A DNA stretch of 64,000 nt, taken from positions 157,449 to 221,448 of the forward strand of contig MFRA01000001.1 in the NCBI GenBank assembly GCA_001783215.1. Reading direction: 5' to 3'. This DNA comes from Candidatus Magasanikbacteria bacterium RIFOXYD1_FULL_40_23. Its GTDB lineage: Bacteria; Patescibacteriota; Patescibacteriia; Magasanikbacterales; GWA2-37-8. Below the pieces are notes generated by a model, which saw only the letters and a program-made list of their open reading frames with translations, ran no database searches and was not told the origin of the DNA. The position numbers and the translations under genes are program-made. Below are positions 55,788 through 64,000 of the stretch, piece after piece (position 1 is the first letter of the stretch; every line of letters begins with the position of its first letter).

Positions 55788-56252
55788 TCAATCATCGGGG
55801 TTGAGCCAGTAACGAAATTGGCCCAATCCTTCATGGTCGTGTGTGATGAGAACAAAATTTCCACGGTTTGTTCCCCACAGCCACCATTCTCTTTTTTTCG
55901 CGGTAGAACGAATATTATTTTCCATGTCTCCCACAATGCAGAGTGCTAGCGCTAAGGGCCAGCGTCCCTTGTTGTGGTCGGTGCCTACAGCAAGCCCGTT
56001 CATATCCAAAACTTTATACACAACATCACTCCCGGGATTCCGTTCAATCTGATAAATAATGATGTTACCCTGACCATCTTTCCACTCATGATAATCGTCC
56101 GTACCCAATCTTATCAAAGATTCCATGGTCAGCTTAAGCAGTCTTTCGGGGATTACTCCGTTGGGCTTGTTTCTTTCCAGTAGGAAATCAACCCGTTCCT
56201 TACCGCCTCTGATTTCGTTTATGACTTCATCACCATGCAGAAGTTTGGACAT
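55788..56252 (-). CDS. hypothetical protein
   Basis: AGGAGGA RBS 4 nt before the ATG. 154-aa ORF. Confidence 0.45.
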   Translation of the reverse strand: MSKLLHGDEVINEIRGGKERVDFLLERNKPNGVIPERLLKLTMESLIRLGTDDYHEWKDGQGNIIIYQIERNPGSDVVYKVLDMNGLAVGTDHNKGRWPLALALCIVGDMENNIRSTAKKREWWLWGTNRGNFVLITHDHEGLGQFRYWLNPDD

Positions 56253-56499
56253 GTTTCCTCCTGGCTGGATTTAACAACATTAAACGTGTTTTGTCAATGT
56301 ATAATCCGTTATTTCCCTCCACGCAAAAAGAAGGCTGCATACGGAACCTGCTTTTTCGCGGGGTGTATGGGACGACGTGGGAACTTGTTTAAACAAAAAC
56401 AACCCAGTTATATGAGTTGCTTTTGATAATACCGCGAATGTTTTTATCGACATCTTATTAGGCGTTTCGCGGTGGTACGCCAGTAATCGTTGTGGAACT

Positions 56500-56781
56500 C
56501 TAGTCGTTAATGATAATCTCGAAGTCACCCCAGTCAATCGGCTTACCATTATTAAGGTGATGGGGATTGTCGACGAGTTCCCCGTTTTTCCATTGCCGCC
56601 AAGCACCTTCAGCCATGCCGACCATGGTTCCTTTTATGACTAGCCAGTTACCATTGTGACCGAGCGGATTGGGAATGCGCTCCAGCTCAAAGTCACCTGG
56701 CCCCCTTTCCACCTTGCTTCTGTTGGGAGAAGAAGCGTCAATAAGTTCCCAGACTCGCTTGAGTGTTGCCTTCATGACCAT
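56500..56781 (-). CDS. hypothetical protein
   Basis: AAGGGG RBS before the ATG at 56781 (MVMKATLKRVWELI...). The track began it at 56844. Confidence 0.4.
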   Translation of the reverse strand: MVMKATLKRVWELIDASSPNRSKVERGPGDFELERIPNPLGHNGNWLVIKGTMVGMAEGAWRQWKNGELVDNPHHLNNGKPIDWGDFEIIIND

Positions 56782-56893
56782 GGCCCCTTGTGTATTTGTT
56801 GGTAACCGATGAATAAAGATAACATAAAAAAATATTAAAGTCAATGATACTAAAACAAAAAACAGCCTTTTATGAAAGCTGCTTTTTGTTTAG

Positions 56894-56914
56894 AGCGGGT
56901 CGGACGGGACTCGG
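56894..56914 (-). repeat. duplicate of the tRNA-Asp 3' end (GCGGGTCGGACGGGACTCG) 166 bp downstream of the tRNA
   Basis: 19 to 21 nt are identical to 57079..57099. A candidate att-site remnant. Confidence 0.4.
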
Positions 56915-57079
56915 CTTCACCTCTCACTCGCTTCCACTCGTTCGGGTTAGCCACCACCTCGCGGTCGCACTCGCCTGCCTGCGTCGTGCGACATCGCTCC
57001 GGCGTTCTCGTCCCGACGTAATGCAAACTATTGCATTACTTCCGCCCACGCAAAAAGAAGGCTTTCGCCTTCTTCTTTT

Positions 57080-57153
57080 GCGGGTCGGACGGGACTCGAA
57101 CCCGCAACTTCTGCCGTGACAGGGCAGTGCTCTAACCAGTTGAACTACCGACC
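57080..57153 (-). tRNA. tRNA-Asp (GTC)
   Basis: Minus strand: GGGTCGGtaGTTCAACTGGTtAGAGCACTGCCCTGTCACGGCAGaagtTGCGGGTTCGAGTCCCGTCCGACCCg. 7-bp acceptor stem, anticodon loop CUGUCAC, T-loop GGTTCGAGTCC. CCA is not encoded. Confidence 0.8.
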
Positions 57154-57339
57154 CAAATTGTTTGATTTATCCTGTTAAATGCTGCTTTGCAGACCCCGCC
57201 TTGCGGGGATTTAACAGGATGAACAAGAAAATTATACAAAAAAACCAAGAATATGTCAACTTTACTGTTCTGGCTTGAATATTATGAAGGGATAGGCTAG
57301 GATAGATTTTACATACTCTCATCCAAGGAAAAACATCCA

Positions 57340-57639
57340 ATGGACAAAATCGTCAGAACAAAACTTGCTCCTTCAGCTCATTCCGAAGAAAAATGGTCCG
57401 CCGAAATGCGACCTACATTGCTAGGGCTACTGGTCCACGCAACCCTTAGAAACCACCCGGATAACAACGGTGGAACCATTTACTTCTACTTCATCCCCCG
57501 TTCAGAAATCTTGGATGCCCTGCGCCTAAACAACCCTACGGCTCACGCCTACTGGGAAAAAGAGATGGCCACACACTTTGGCCTCATGTTCTACACAGAG
57601 GAAGCTACTCTCTGCGAAGACTTGAGAGCGCAATACTAA
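57340..57639 (+). CDS. hypothetical small protein, paralog family member A (YWE motif)
   Basis: AAGGAAAAA RBS. Shares ...SEILDALRLNNPTAHAYWEKE with paralogs B and C. Confidence 0.5.
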   Translation: MDKIVRTKLAPSAHSEEKWSAEMRPTLLGLLVHATLRNHPDNNGGTIYFYFIPRSEILDALRLNNPTAHAYWEKEMATHFGLMFYTEEATLCEDLRAQY

Positions 57640-57658
57640 GCACCGTGCCAACTTTAAC

Positions 57659-57747
57659 CAAAGGTGCTCTGCGCAACAAATCCCGTTCGCATCACCTGAT
57701 TTATTTCTAAATAATTGGAAACAAATCAGGGCGAACGGGATTTTTGG
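57659..57747 (+). terminator. structured 3' element R1 (extended hairpin + U-run), family of three
   Basis: aaaggtgctctgcgcaacAAATCCCGTTCGCatCACCTGATTTatttctaaataattggaaacAAATCAGGGCGAACGGGATTTttggttt. Confidence 0.55.
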
Positions 57748-57877
57748 TTTAACGAAACCATATCGCGTAACGTCATTTGAAACGCGACGCTTTTATAAAT
57801 TTTAAGAACAGATAAGGTCTTGAAAAATAATTATATATGGTATATAGTGGCGTCAAATCAAATCGGAGATTCGCACC

Positions 57878-58150
57878 ATGAAAATCACGCTAAAGAACCC
57901 TCGTTTCAGCTGTCGTAAACCCGACGGCCATAGAGATTGCAAACATGCAGATCAAGGCATGACTCAAGAACTTGCCGGACTAAGCCTAGAAGCATCCTTG
58001 CAAAGCTGCGGGCACTATCGATGTGACAGAGATACTTTGCTTAAGGCAATAGAGCTGAGAAACGGTCTCAACTCACCCTTGTACAAGTATTGGGAAGACT
58101 TCTTGCCCACCGACCAACCTATCCACTTTCCACAAGAAGAAATTGAATAG
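57878..58150 (+). CDS. hypothetical small protein, paralog family member B
   Basis: Shares ...RDTLLKAIELRNGLNSPLYKYWEDF with A and C. Confidence 0.5.
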   Translation: MKITLKNPRFSCRKPDGHRDCKHADQGMTQELAGLSLEASLQSCGHYRCDRDTLLKAIELRNGLNSPLYKYWEDFLPTDQPIHFPQEEIE

Positions 58151-58180
58151 GAGCTAGTCAGTTAGCATAAAATAACGCTC

Positions 58181-58278
58181 ACAAAGGGTGCTCTCCGAAC
58201 AAATCCCGTTCGCAACACCTGAAATATTTCTAAATTTTTGGAAGTATCTCAGGGAGGATAGCGAGCGGGTTTTTGTTT
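58181..58278 (+). terminator. structured 3' element R2
   Basis: acaaagggtgctctccgaacAAATCCCGTTCGCaaCACCTGAaatatttctaaatttttggaagtatCTCAGGgaggataGCGAGCGGGTTTttgttt. The outer stem is kept with a wobble. Confidence 0.55.
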
Positions 58279-58351
58279 ATACCCACTCTTGTAAAAAATA
58301 GATAAAATCTTTATACTAGCAACCAAGACAACAACCTTTGAGGTACAAACC

Positions 58352-58885
58352 ATGGAACCTGCCACAAAAGTTTTGGTAAGGTTTATCAAGGCTCCAAACG
58401 GTCATTCGCGCCTAAGAGAAGACATGCGCAACGCTCTAGTGGGCGTTATGGTAAAAGCAGTCCCAGATCCCAACTGCTTTATTATTGAAAACAGCAATGT
58501 CTTACTAGAAGCGATCGCAGCGCAGCGCCCTCCGAGCGTACACTTCTACTGGGAAGAAGTTCTTGCCCATGACTCAAAGCCTATTTTTCTAGGACGAAGC
58601 GAGTGCGAACCTGTCTACGGCTTCCAACTAGAGCTTATCACACCTCTGCCCAGCACGAGCCTTCATAAAGAAATTTGCAGAGCCTGTGTCGGTTTAAAAA
58701 TCAGGCTAGAGCCTGGAGCTTTTGAACCACAGAAAAATGGCTTCTACGCCAACCTACTGATGGTAACTGACCAACTACAACAACACAATCACGTGGTCTT
58801 CTCGCGTTACGTGGCTAACTTGCCTACCACAGAGACTGTTCGCACATTGTTCTTGCCAGCCCATACATACAAAATCTTGCCATAG
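58352..58885 (+). CDS. hypothetical protein, paralog family member C (N-terminal paralog domain + about 90-aa extension)
   Basis: GAGGT RBS. Shares VRFIKAPNGHSR...LLEAIAAQRPPSVHFYWEEV with A and B. Confidence 0.55.
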   Translation: MEPATKVLVRFIKAPNGHSRLREDMRNALVGVMVKAVPDPNCFIIENSNVLLEAIAAQRPPSVHFYWEEVLAHDSKPIFLGRSECEPVYGFQLELITPLPSTSLHKEICRACVGLKIRLEPGAFEPQKNGFYANLLMVTDQLQQHNHVVFSRYVANLPTTETVRTLFLPAHTYKILP

Positions 58886-58899
58886 ATATGGCTACGCAT

Positions 58900-58995
58900 C
58901 AAAAGGTGTTGCGTTACAACCCCGTTCGCACCACCTGATTTACTCCCAACACATTGGAGGTAGATCAGGAGGATGACCGCGAACGGGGTTTTGTT
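58900..58995 (+). terminator. structured 3' element R3
   Basis: caaaaggtgttgcgttacAACCCCGTTCGCacCACCTGATTTACTCCcaacacattGGAGGTAGATCAGGaggatgaccGCGAACGGGGTTttgttt. The compensatory t-to-c / a-to-g change relative to R1 preserves the outer stem. Confidence 0.55.
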
Positions 58996-59036
58996 TACAG
59001 GAGATATTTTTTATTATATGCTTATATAGTATTAAA

Positions 59037-59624
59037 ATGCTAAATAGACCTATGTCCGAAACAAAATTTACACCGCCAGAAGCGCAGGCTAAACCAAAAA
59101 CCGAAAAAGAAGACCTTCTCAAGAGACTGCTCTCTCCAGAAATAAAAAAATTAATACTTAGCATAGCTTACAAATACAGCGTCAAACCAAGCGATGCGGA
59201 AGATGTTGTGCAAACTGTTCTATTTAATGCCTACAGAGCTATTTCTGAAGGAAGATTTGATGAAAAAGATGCAAAATTAACAAGTTGGTTACACACAATA
59301 ACAAAAAATGAATGCATAAATTTATTTAGAAAAGAAAATCGACTATCAAAAAACGACTTAACTGCCGTAGAATTTGACGACAATAGAGTAGAAGGCCACC
59401 TTCCTACAAGCGTAGATCATATAGAAAACAAAGAAAAAGATGAGGCACTGCAAGGTTTATTAAGGAAATTAAAACCAAAACAACAAGCAGTTATGGAGTT
59501 GTACTTACAGGGATACAGCCAAAAAGAAATTGGAGAAAAACTAGACATGCCGACTAATACAGTAGGCGTCCAAACACACTATGCAAAAAAGCGAATGCTA
59601 GAATTGCTAGAAGAAGAGAAATAA
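59037..59624 (+). CDS. RNA polymerase sigma-70 family (ECF-type) sigma factor
   Basis: Region 2-like DAEDVVQTVLFNAYRAISEGRFD...SWLHTITKNECINLFRKE. Region 4 HTH LKPKQQAVMELYLQGYSQKEIGEKLDMPTNTVGVQTHYAKKRM. Confidence 0.75.
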   Translation: MLNRPMSETKFTPPEAQAKPKTEKEDLLKRLLSPEIKKLILSIAYKYSVKPSDAEDVVQTVLFNAYRAISEGRFDEKDAKLTSWLHTITKNECINLFRKENRLSKNDLTAVEFDDNRVEGHLPTSVDHIENKEKDEALQGLLRKLKPKQQAVMELYLQGYSQKEIGEKLDMPTNTVGVQTHYAKKRMLELLEEEK

Positions 59625-59658
59625 AAAAACCTCGATAAACTCGAGGCTTTTTTATTTT
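59623..59658. terminator. bidirectional intrinsic terminator
   Basis: aaaaaaaCCTCGAtaaaCTCGAGGcttttttatttt. Confidence 0.65.
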
Positions 59659-59663
59659 AAAAA

Positions 59664-59978
59664 TTATTTCTTTTCGGTAGTAGAAACAACAGTATTTTCT
59701 ACAGGGGCACCCACATTGCGCCATCCGCTCATCATACCCGGACCGAAGTTACCGTTGCGGTACATCATGTTATATCCGCCATAATTGTCGTATCCCCAAC
59801 CGCCAAAATAACCGCGTAACACACCCAATTTATATCCAAAGCAAAAAACTATAATAAGCACTACTGCGCCTATTACCCAATGCAACAAAGACTTGTGGCC
59901 CCAACCACAACCCGTTTTGCCTCCCCCACAACAACTTCCACCTTCTTTGTTACCACAACCCATTTTGTCGTCACACAT
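59664..59978 (-). CDS. Gly/Cys-rich small membrane protein
   Basis: N-terminal CxxC/GG-rich region, one TM helix (HWVIGAVVLIIVFCFGY), and a Gly/Tyr/Asn-rich tail. Confidence 0.45.
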   Translation of the reverse strand: MCDDKMGCGNKEGGSCCGGGKTGCGWGHKSLLHWVIGAVVLIIVFCFGYKLGVLRGYFGGWGYDNYGGYNMMYRNGNFGPGMMSGWRNVGAPVENTVVSTTEKK

Positions 59979-59996
59979 ATGGTTTATATTAAAAAA

Positions 59997-62993
59997 TTAA
60001 TTAACTTTAAAATCAGTCATTGAACTAAAAATAAACTCATTAAACTTACTTGTATTGCCCATTATTTTTATTACTGTTTTGGATTTATTATATCCATCAG
60101 GGTAAATTTCTAATAATCTTACAGCGTATTCGGATTTAAACGGTAGGGTAAAAAAGAATTTTGCCGGATAGCCACGCCACGTATTTGTCGGATAACCCTC
60201 GTTTTCAGCTGTAGAAGTAGTTTGGCTAAATTCCTTAAAATCTCTGCTCTGGGCTGGTTTCCCTTCTGATATACTAAACCACTCTTGCGAACCGTTGACT
60301 GAAGAAAACTTGACCATACCATCTTCATGGCTTATAACCCAGCCTAATGGATACGCTAAAGTAAACTTTGCAAAACTATCTTCTACATAATTAGACCTTC
60401 CCTCTGATTGTTTTCTTTCAAATTCCTGCTCCATTTCTCTTTTCAACTCCGATTTAGCCAAAGCCACCTGGTTTGCTACCTCTATCTGCACATCGGCCGC
60501 CGACATTTTATTATCATTTACAGTCTGGCAAGTATACCCACCCAAACTAGTGGCCAAACCCAAAACACCAAAAATCAAAAGCATTTTGGAAGCCACACCC
60601 ATTTTAAAACTTGAGGGTGGTTTGGCAGCTACTTTTTTCTCCATTGCAAAGATGCGTTCACGAGTTTTTAAAACGGTATCGGGGTTAAGAGAAATACTGT
60701 CTATCCCCTCTTGTACCAAAAATTCAGCAAATTCCGGATAGTCACTTGGCGCTTGGCCACAAATACCTACTTTTCTTTTATTTTCATGAGCTACTTTTAT
60801 CACTTGTCTGATAAGTGTTTTTACAGCTTCGTTTTTTTCATCATACACATGACTTACCAATGCCGAATCTCTATCTACCCCAAGAGTTAACTGAGTTAGA
60901 TCGTTGGAGCCAATACTAAACCCATCAAAGATTTCCGAAAATTCTTTGGCCAAAATAACATTGGCAGGGATTTCACACATTACATACACTTGCAGACCAT
61001 CTTTACCCCGCTCTAACCCAAATTCCTTCATGGTAGCCAAAACTTTTTTACCTTCTTCTACCGTACGGCAAAATGGCACCATTACAATTAAATTCTTCAT
61101 CCCCCACTGGTTGCGAACTTTTTTTATCGCTTCGCATTCTAATTTAAATCCGGCTTTATATTTTTCGTCATAATAACGAGAAGCTCCACGCCAACCAATC
61201 ATTGGGTTTTCTTCTTTTGGTTCGTAGGCTCCACCACCAACAAGAGTGGCGTATTCATTTGTTTTAAAATCAGACAATCGAACAATCACATCGTTTGGAT
61301 GAAAAGCGGCTGTAATAAAGGCGATGCCTTCTGCCAGTTTGTCTACACAATATTTGGCTTTATCTTTATAGCCAACAGTTAGCTCGTCTATTTTTTGTTT
61401 TATTTCTTTTGGCTGATCTTTGTAATTTACAAGCGCAAGCGGATGAATCTTAACAAAATTTGTAAAAATAAATTCTTCTCTGGCCAAACCTACACCATCG
61501 TTTGGCAATGCAGATAGCGTAAACGCGCTACTTGGATCGCCGACATTCATCATTATTTTTGTTCTGGTATCTGGTACAGATTTTATTTCGGTTTTTAATA
61601 CTTCAAATGGTAATAACCCTTTGTAAACATAGCCGGCTTCTCCTTCGGCGCAAGATACGGTAATTTCTTGTCCGTTTTTTATTACCTGGCGCGCCTTGGC
61701 TGCACCCACAATAGCCGGTGTACCCAACTCTCGACTTACAATAGCCGCATGAGAGGTCTTGCCACCTTGTTCGGTAACGATTGCGCTTGCCATACGCATA
61801 ATAGGCTCCCAATCTGGATCAGTGATACGAGTAATCAAAACTTCACCAGGCTTGAACTGTTTCATCTGTTTTGGTGAATTGATTACTCTAGCTCTACCCT
61901 GGCCAATCTTTTGACCAACACTAGTACCAGTAAGTAAAATTTTGCCTTTTTCTTTTTGTTTAAGTTGGTATTGCTCAATAACATTTACTATCTTGGAACG
62001 TACAGTTTCGGATCTAGCTTGCACTATATATAACTGGCCGTTTTGACCATCTTTGGCCCATTCTATATCCATAGGGTGGCCGTAGTGCTCTTCAATCATT
62101 ACTCCCCACTTAGACAATTGCAAAACTTCGTCGTCGGCAAGAGAATATACTTTCTGATCAGATAATTTTACTTTTTCTTGTTTGGTACCAACTTTACCAT
62201 ACACAAGTTTTACTTCTTTGGTACCAAGCTGTTTGCTAATTATAGATTTGAAGCCGTTTTTCAAGCCGTCTTTAAAAACATAAAACTGATCCGGTGTTAC
62301 CCGGCCTTTTACTACATATTCTCCCAAGCCGTAGGCAGCATTTATAAGTACCACGCCTTTGAATCCAGATTCGGTATCCAGTGTAAACATTACACCACTT
62401 GCACCCATATCGGAGCGCACCATTTCTTGCACACCCACAGACAACGCAATAGCTGTATGGTCGTAGCCTTTATCTTCTCGATAAGAAATTGCACGATCGG
62501 TAAAGAGTGATGCGATGCATTTTTTGCTAGCAAGCAATAATTCTTTGTCTCCGCGAACATTTAGGTATGTTTCTTGCTGACCGGCAAAACTAGCGTCTGG
62601 CAAATCTTCGGCAGTCGCACTACTACGCACAGCAACGTCTATATTTGTTTTTTTAGAAGATTTACAAAGTTCTTTATAGGCAGCGACAATTGCTTTTTCG
62701 GCATCTTTGGAGAAGCGCGACTCTAAAATCATTTTTCTTATCTTGGCACCCACCACTGCCAAATCATGTACGTTTTTTTTATCTAAACCTTTTAATGTAT
62801 CTTTGATTCGTTTATCTAATTTATTTTCTTTTATAAAATCCCAATAAACATCGGCGGTCAACGCAAAACCATTTGGCACCTTCATGCCTTTGGAAGTTAG
62901 TTTGGCGTACATTTCACCCAGAGAGGCGTTTTTACCGCCTACAGACGGAATATCTTTGATGGTTAAGTCTTTGAACCAACTGATATACATCAT
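59997..62993 (-). CDS. ppsA: phosphoenolpyruvate synthase (pyruvate, water dikinase) with C-terminal TM + about 200-aa extension
   Basis: N-terminal PEP/pyruvate-binding domain, phospho-His domain GGKTSHAAIVSRELGTPAIVG, and C-terminal PEP-utilising TIM barrel. Extra MLLIFGVLGLATSLGGY TM helix plus tail, in frame with no intervening stop. Confidence 0.85.
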   Translation of the reverse strand: MMYISWFKDLTIKDIPSVGGKNASLGEMYAKLTSKGMKVPNGFALTADVYWDFIKENKLDKRIKDTLKGLDKKNVHDLAVVGAKIRKMILESRFSKDAEKAIVAAYKELCKSSKKTNIDVAVRSSATAEDLPDASFAGQQETYLNVRGDKELLLASKKCIASLFTDRAISYREDKGYDHTAIALSVGVQEMVRSDMGASGVMFTLDTESGFKGVVLINAAYGLGEYVVKGRVTPDQFYVFKDGLKNGFKSIISKQLGTKEVKLVYGKVGTKQEKVKLSDQKVYSLADDEVLQLSKWGVMIEEHYGHPMDIEWAKDGQNGQLYIVQARSETVRSKIVNVIEQYQLKQKEKGKILLTGTSVGQKIGQGRARVINSPKQMKQFKPGEVLITRITDPDWEPIMRMASAIVTEQGGKTSHAAIVSRELGTPAIVGAAKARQVIKNGQEITVSCAEGEAGYVYKGLLPFEVLKTEIKSVPDTRTKIMMNVGDPSSAFTLSALPNDGVGLAREEFIFTNFVKIHPLALVNYKDQPKEIKQKIDELTVGYKDKAKYCVDKLAEGIAFITAAFHPNDVIVRLSDFKTNEYATLVGGGAYEPKEENPMIGWRGASRYYDEKYKAGFKLECEAIKKVRNQWGMKNLIVMVPFCRTVEEGKKVLATMKEFGLERGKDGLQVYVMCEIPANVILAKEFSEIFDGFSIGSNDLTQLTLGVDRDSALVSHVYDEKNEAVKTLIRQVIKVAHENKRKVGICGQAPSDYPEFAEFLVQEGIDSISLNPDTVLKTRERIFAMEKKVAAKPPSSFKMGVASKMLLIFGVLGLATSLGGYTCQTVNDNKMSAADVQIEVANQVALAKSELKREMEQEFERKQSEGRSNYVEDSFAKFTLAYPLGWVISHEDGMVKFSSVNGSQEWFSISEGKPAQSRDFKEFSQTTSTAENEGYPTNTWRGYPAKFFFTLPFKSEYAVRLLEIYPDGYNKSKTVIKIMGNTSKFNEFIFSSMTDFKVN

Positions 62994-63055
62994 AGTACAG
63001 ATATGATAACACTTTTTTAGCGAAAGTTCAATTATACAACCATCTCAAAAGAACG

Positions 63056-64000
<945 letters not shown>

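Noticed and set aside
56844-57119. 91-aa + ORF (MILKQKTAFYESC…) overlapping tRNA-Asp
   Set aside because: It overlaps a confidently identified tRNA on the opposite strand and the att-like repeat, and it has no RBS.

Overview
This 64-kb window looks like part of a low-GC bacterial chromosome (mid-30s % GC by eye). Gene content is minimal and envelope/translation-focused, consistent with (but not proving) a Patescibacteria/CPR-like organism.

Core genes that can be named from motifs: metG, a NUDIX hydrolase, rsmI, a [2Fe-2S] ferredoxin-like gene, a NifS/IscS cysteine desulfurase, a DnaQ-like exonuclease, thiI, a lumazine-synthase-like gene, a deoxynucleoside kinase, tkt, a class IV aminotransferase, an LtaS-like gene, hpf, murB, an ATP-grasp plus NlpC/P60-like pair, mraY, a MurC/Mpl-like Mur ligase, a PLP fold-II enzyme, an O-antigen-ligase-like gene, Wzz-like and PDZ envelope proteins, smpB followed directly by tmRNA (ssrA), infC-rpmI-rplT, an HD-domain hydrolase, tRNA-Asp(GTC), an ECF sigma factor, a ppsA with an odd C-terminal membrane extension, and a partial ligA.

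Accessory content worth attention:
- A Doc/Fic toxin at 1936..2445 with an overlapping unannotated 59-aa upstream ORF.
- A roughly 5.8-kb high-GC island (about 32.3 to 38.1 kb, roughly 60% GC by eye). It holds four minus-strand secreted or lipoprotein genes: Ig-like tandem-repeat lipoproteins, a protein with an OMP-like C-terminus ending in Phe, and a Pro-rich coiled-coil protein. Their AT-rich intergenic regions are built from duplicated leader, terminator and covarying hairpin modules.
- A giant 1864-aa K/E-rich surface protein. Its conserved leader element directly abuts the start codon and recurs upstream of a second K/E-rich secreted protein and as orphan copies.
- A GC-elevated accessory region (about 54 to 59 kb) beside tRNA-Asp, with a duplicated tRNA 3' end, no integrase, several small hypothetical genes, and three tandem paralogs each followed by a covarying about 90-nt structured hairpin element.

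No CRISPR array, rRNA, transposase or integrase was recognised.
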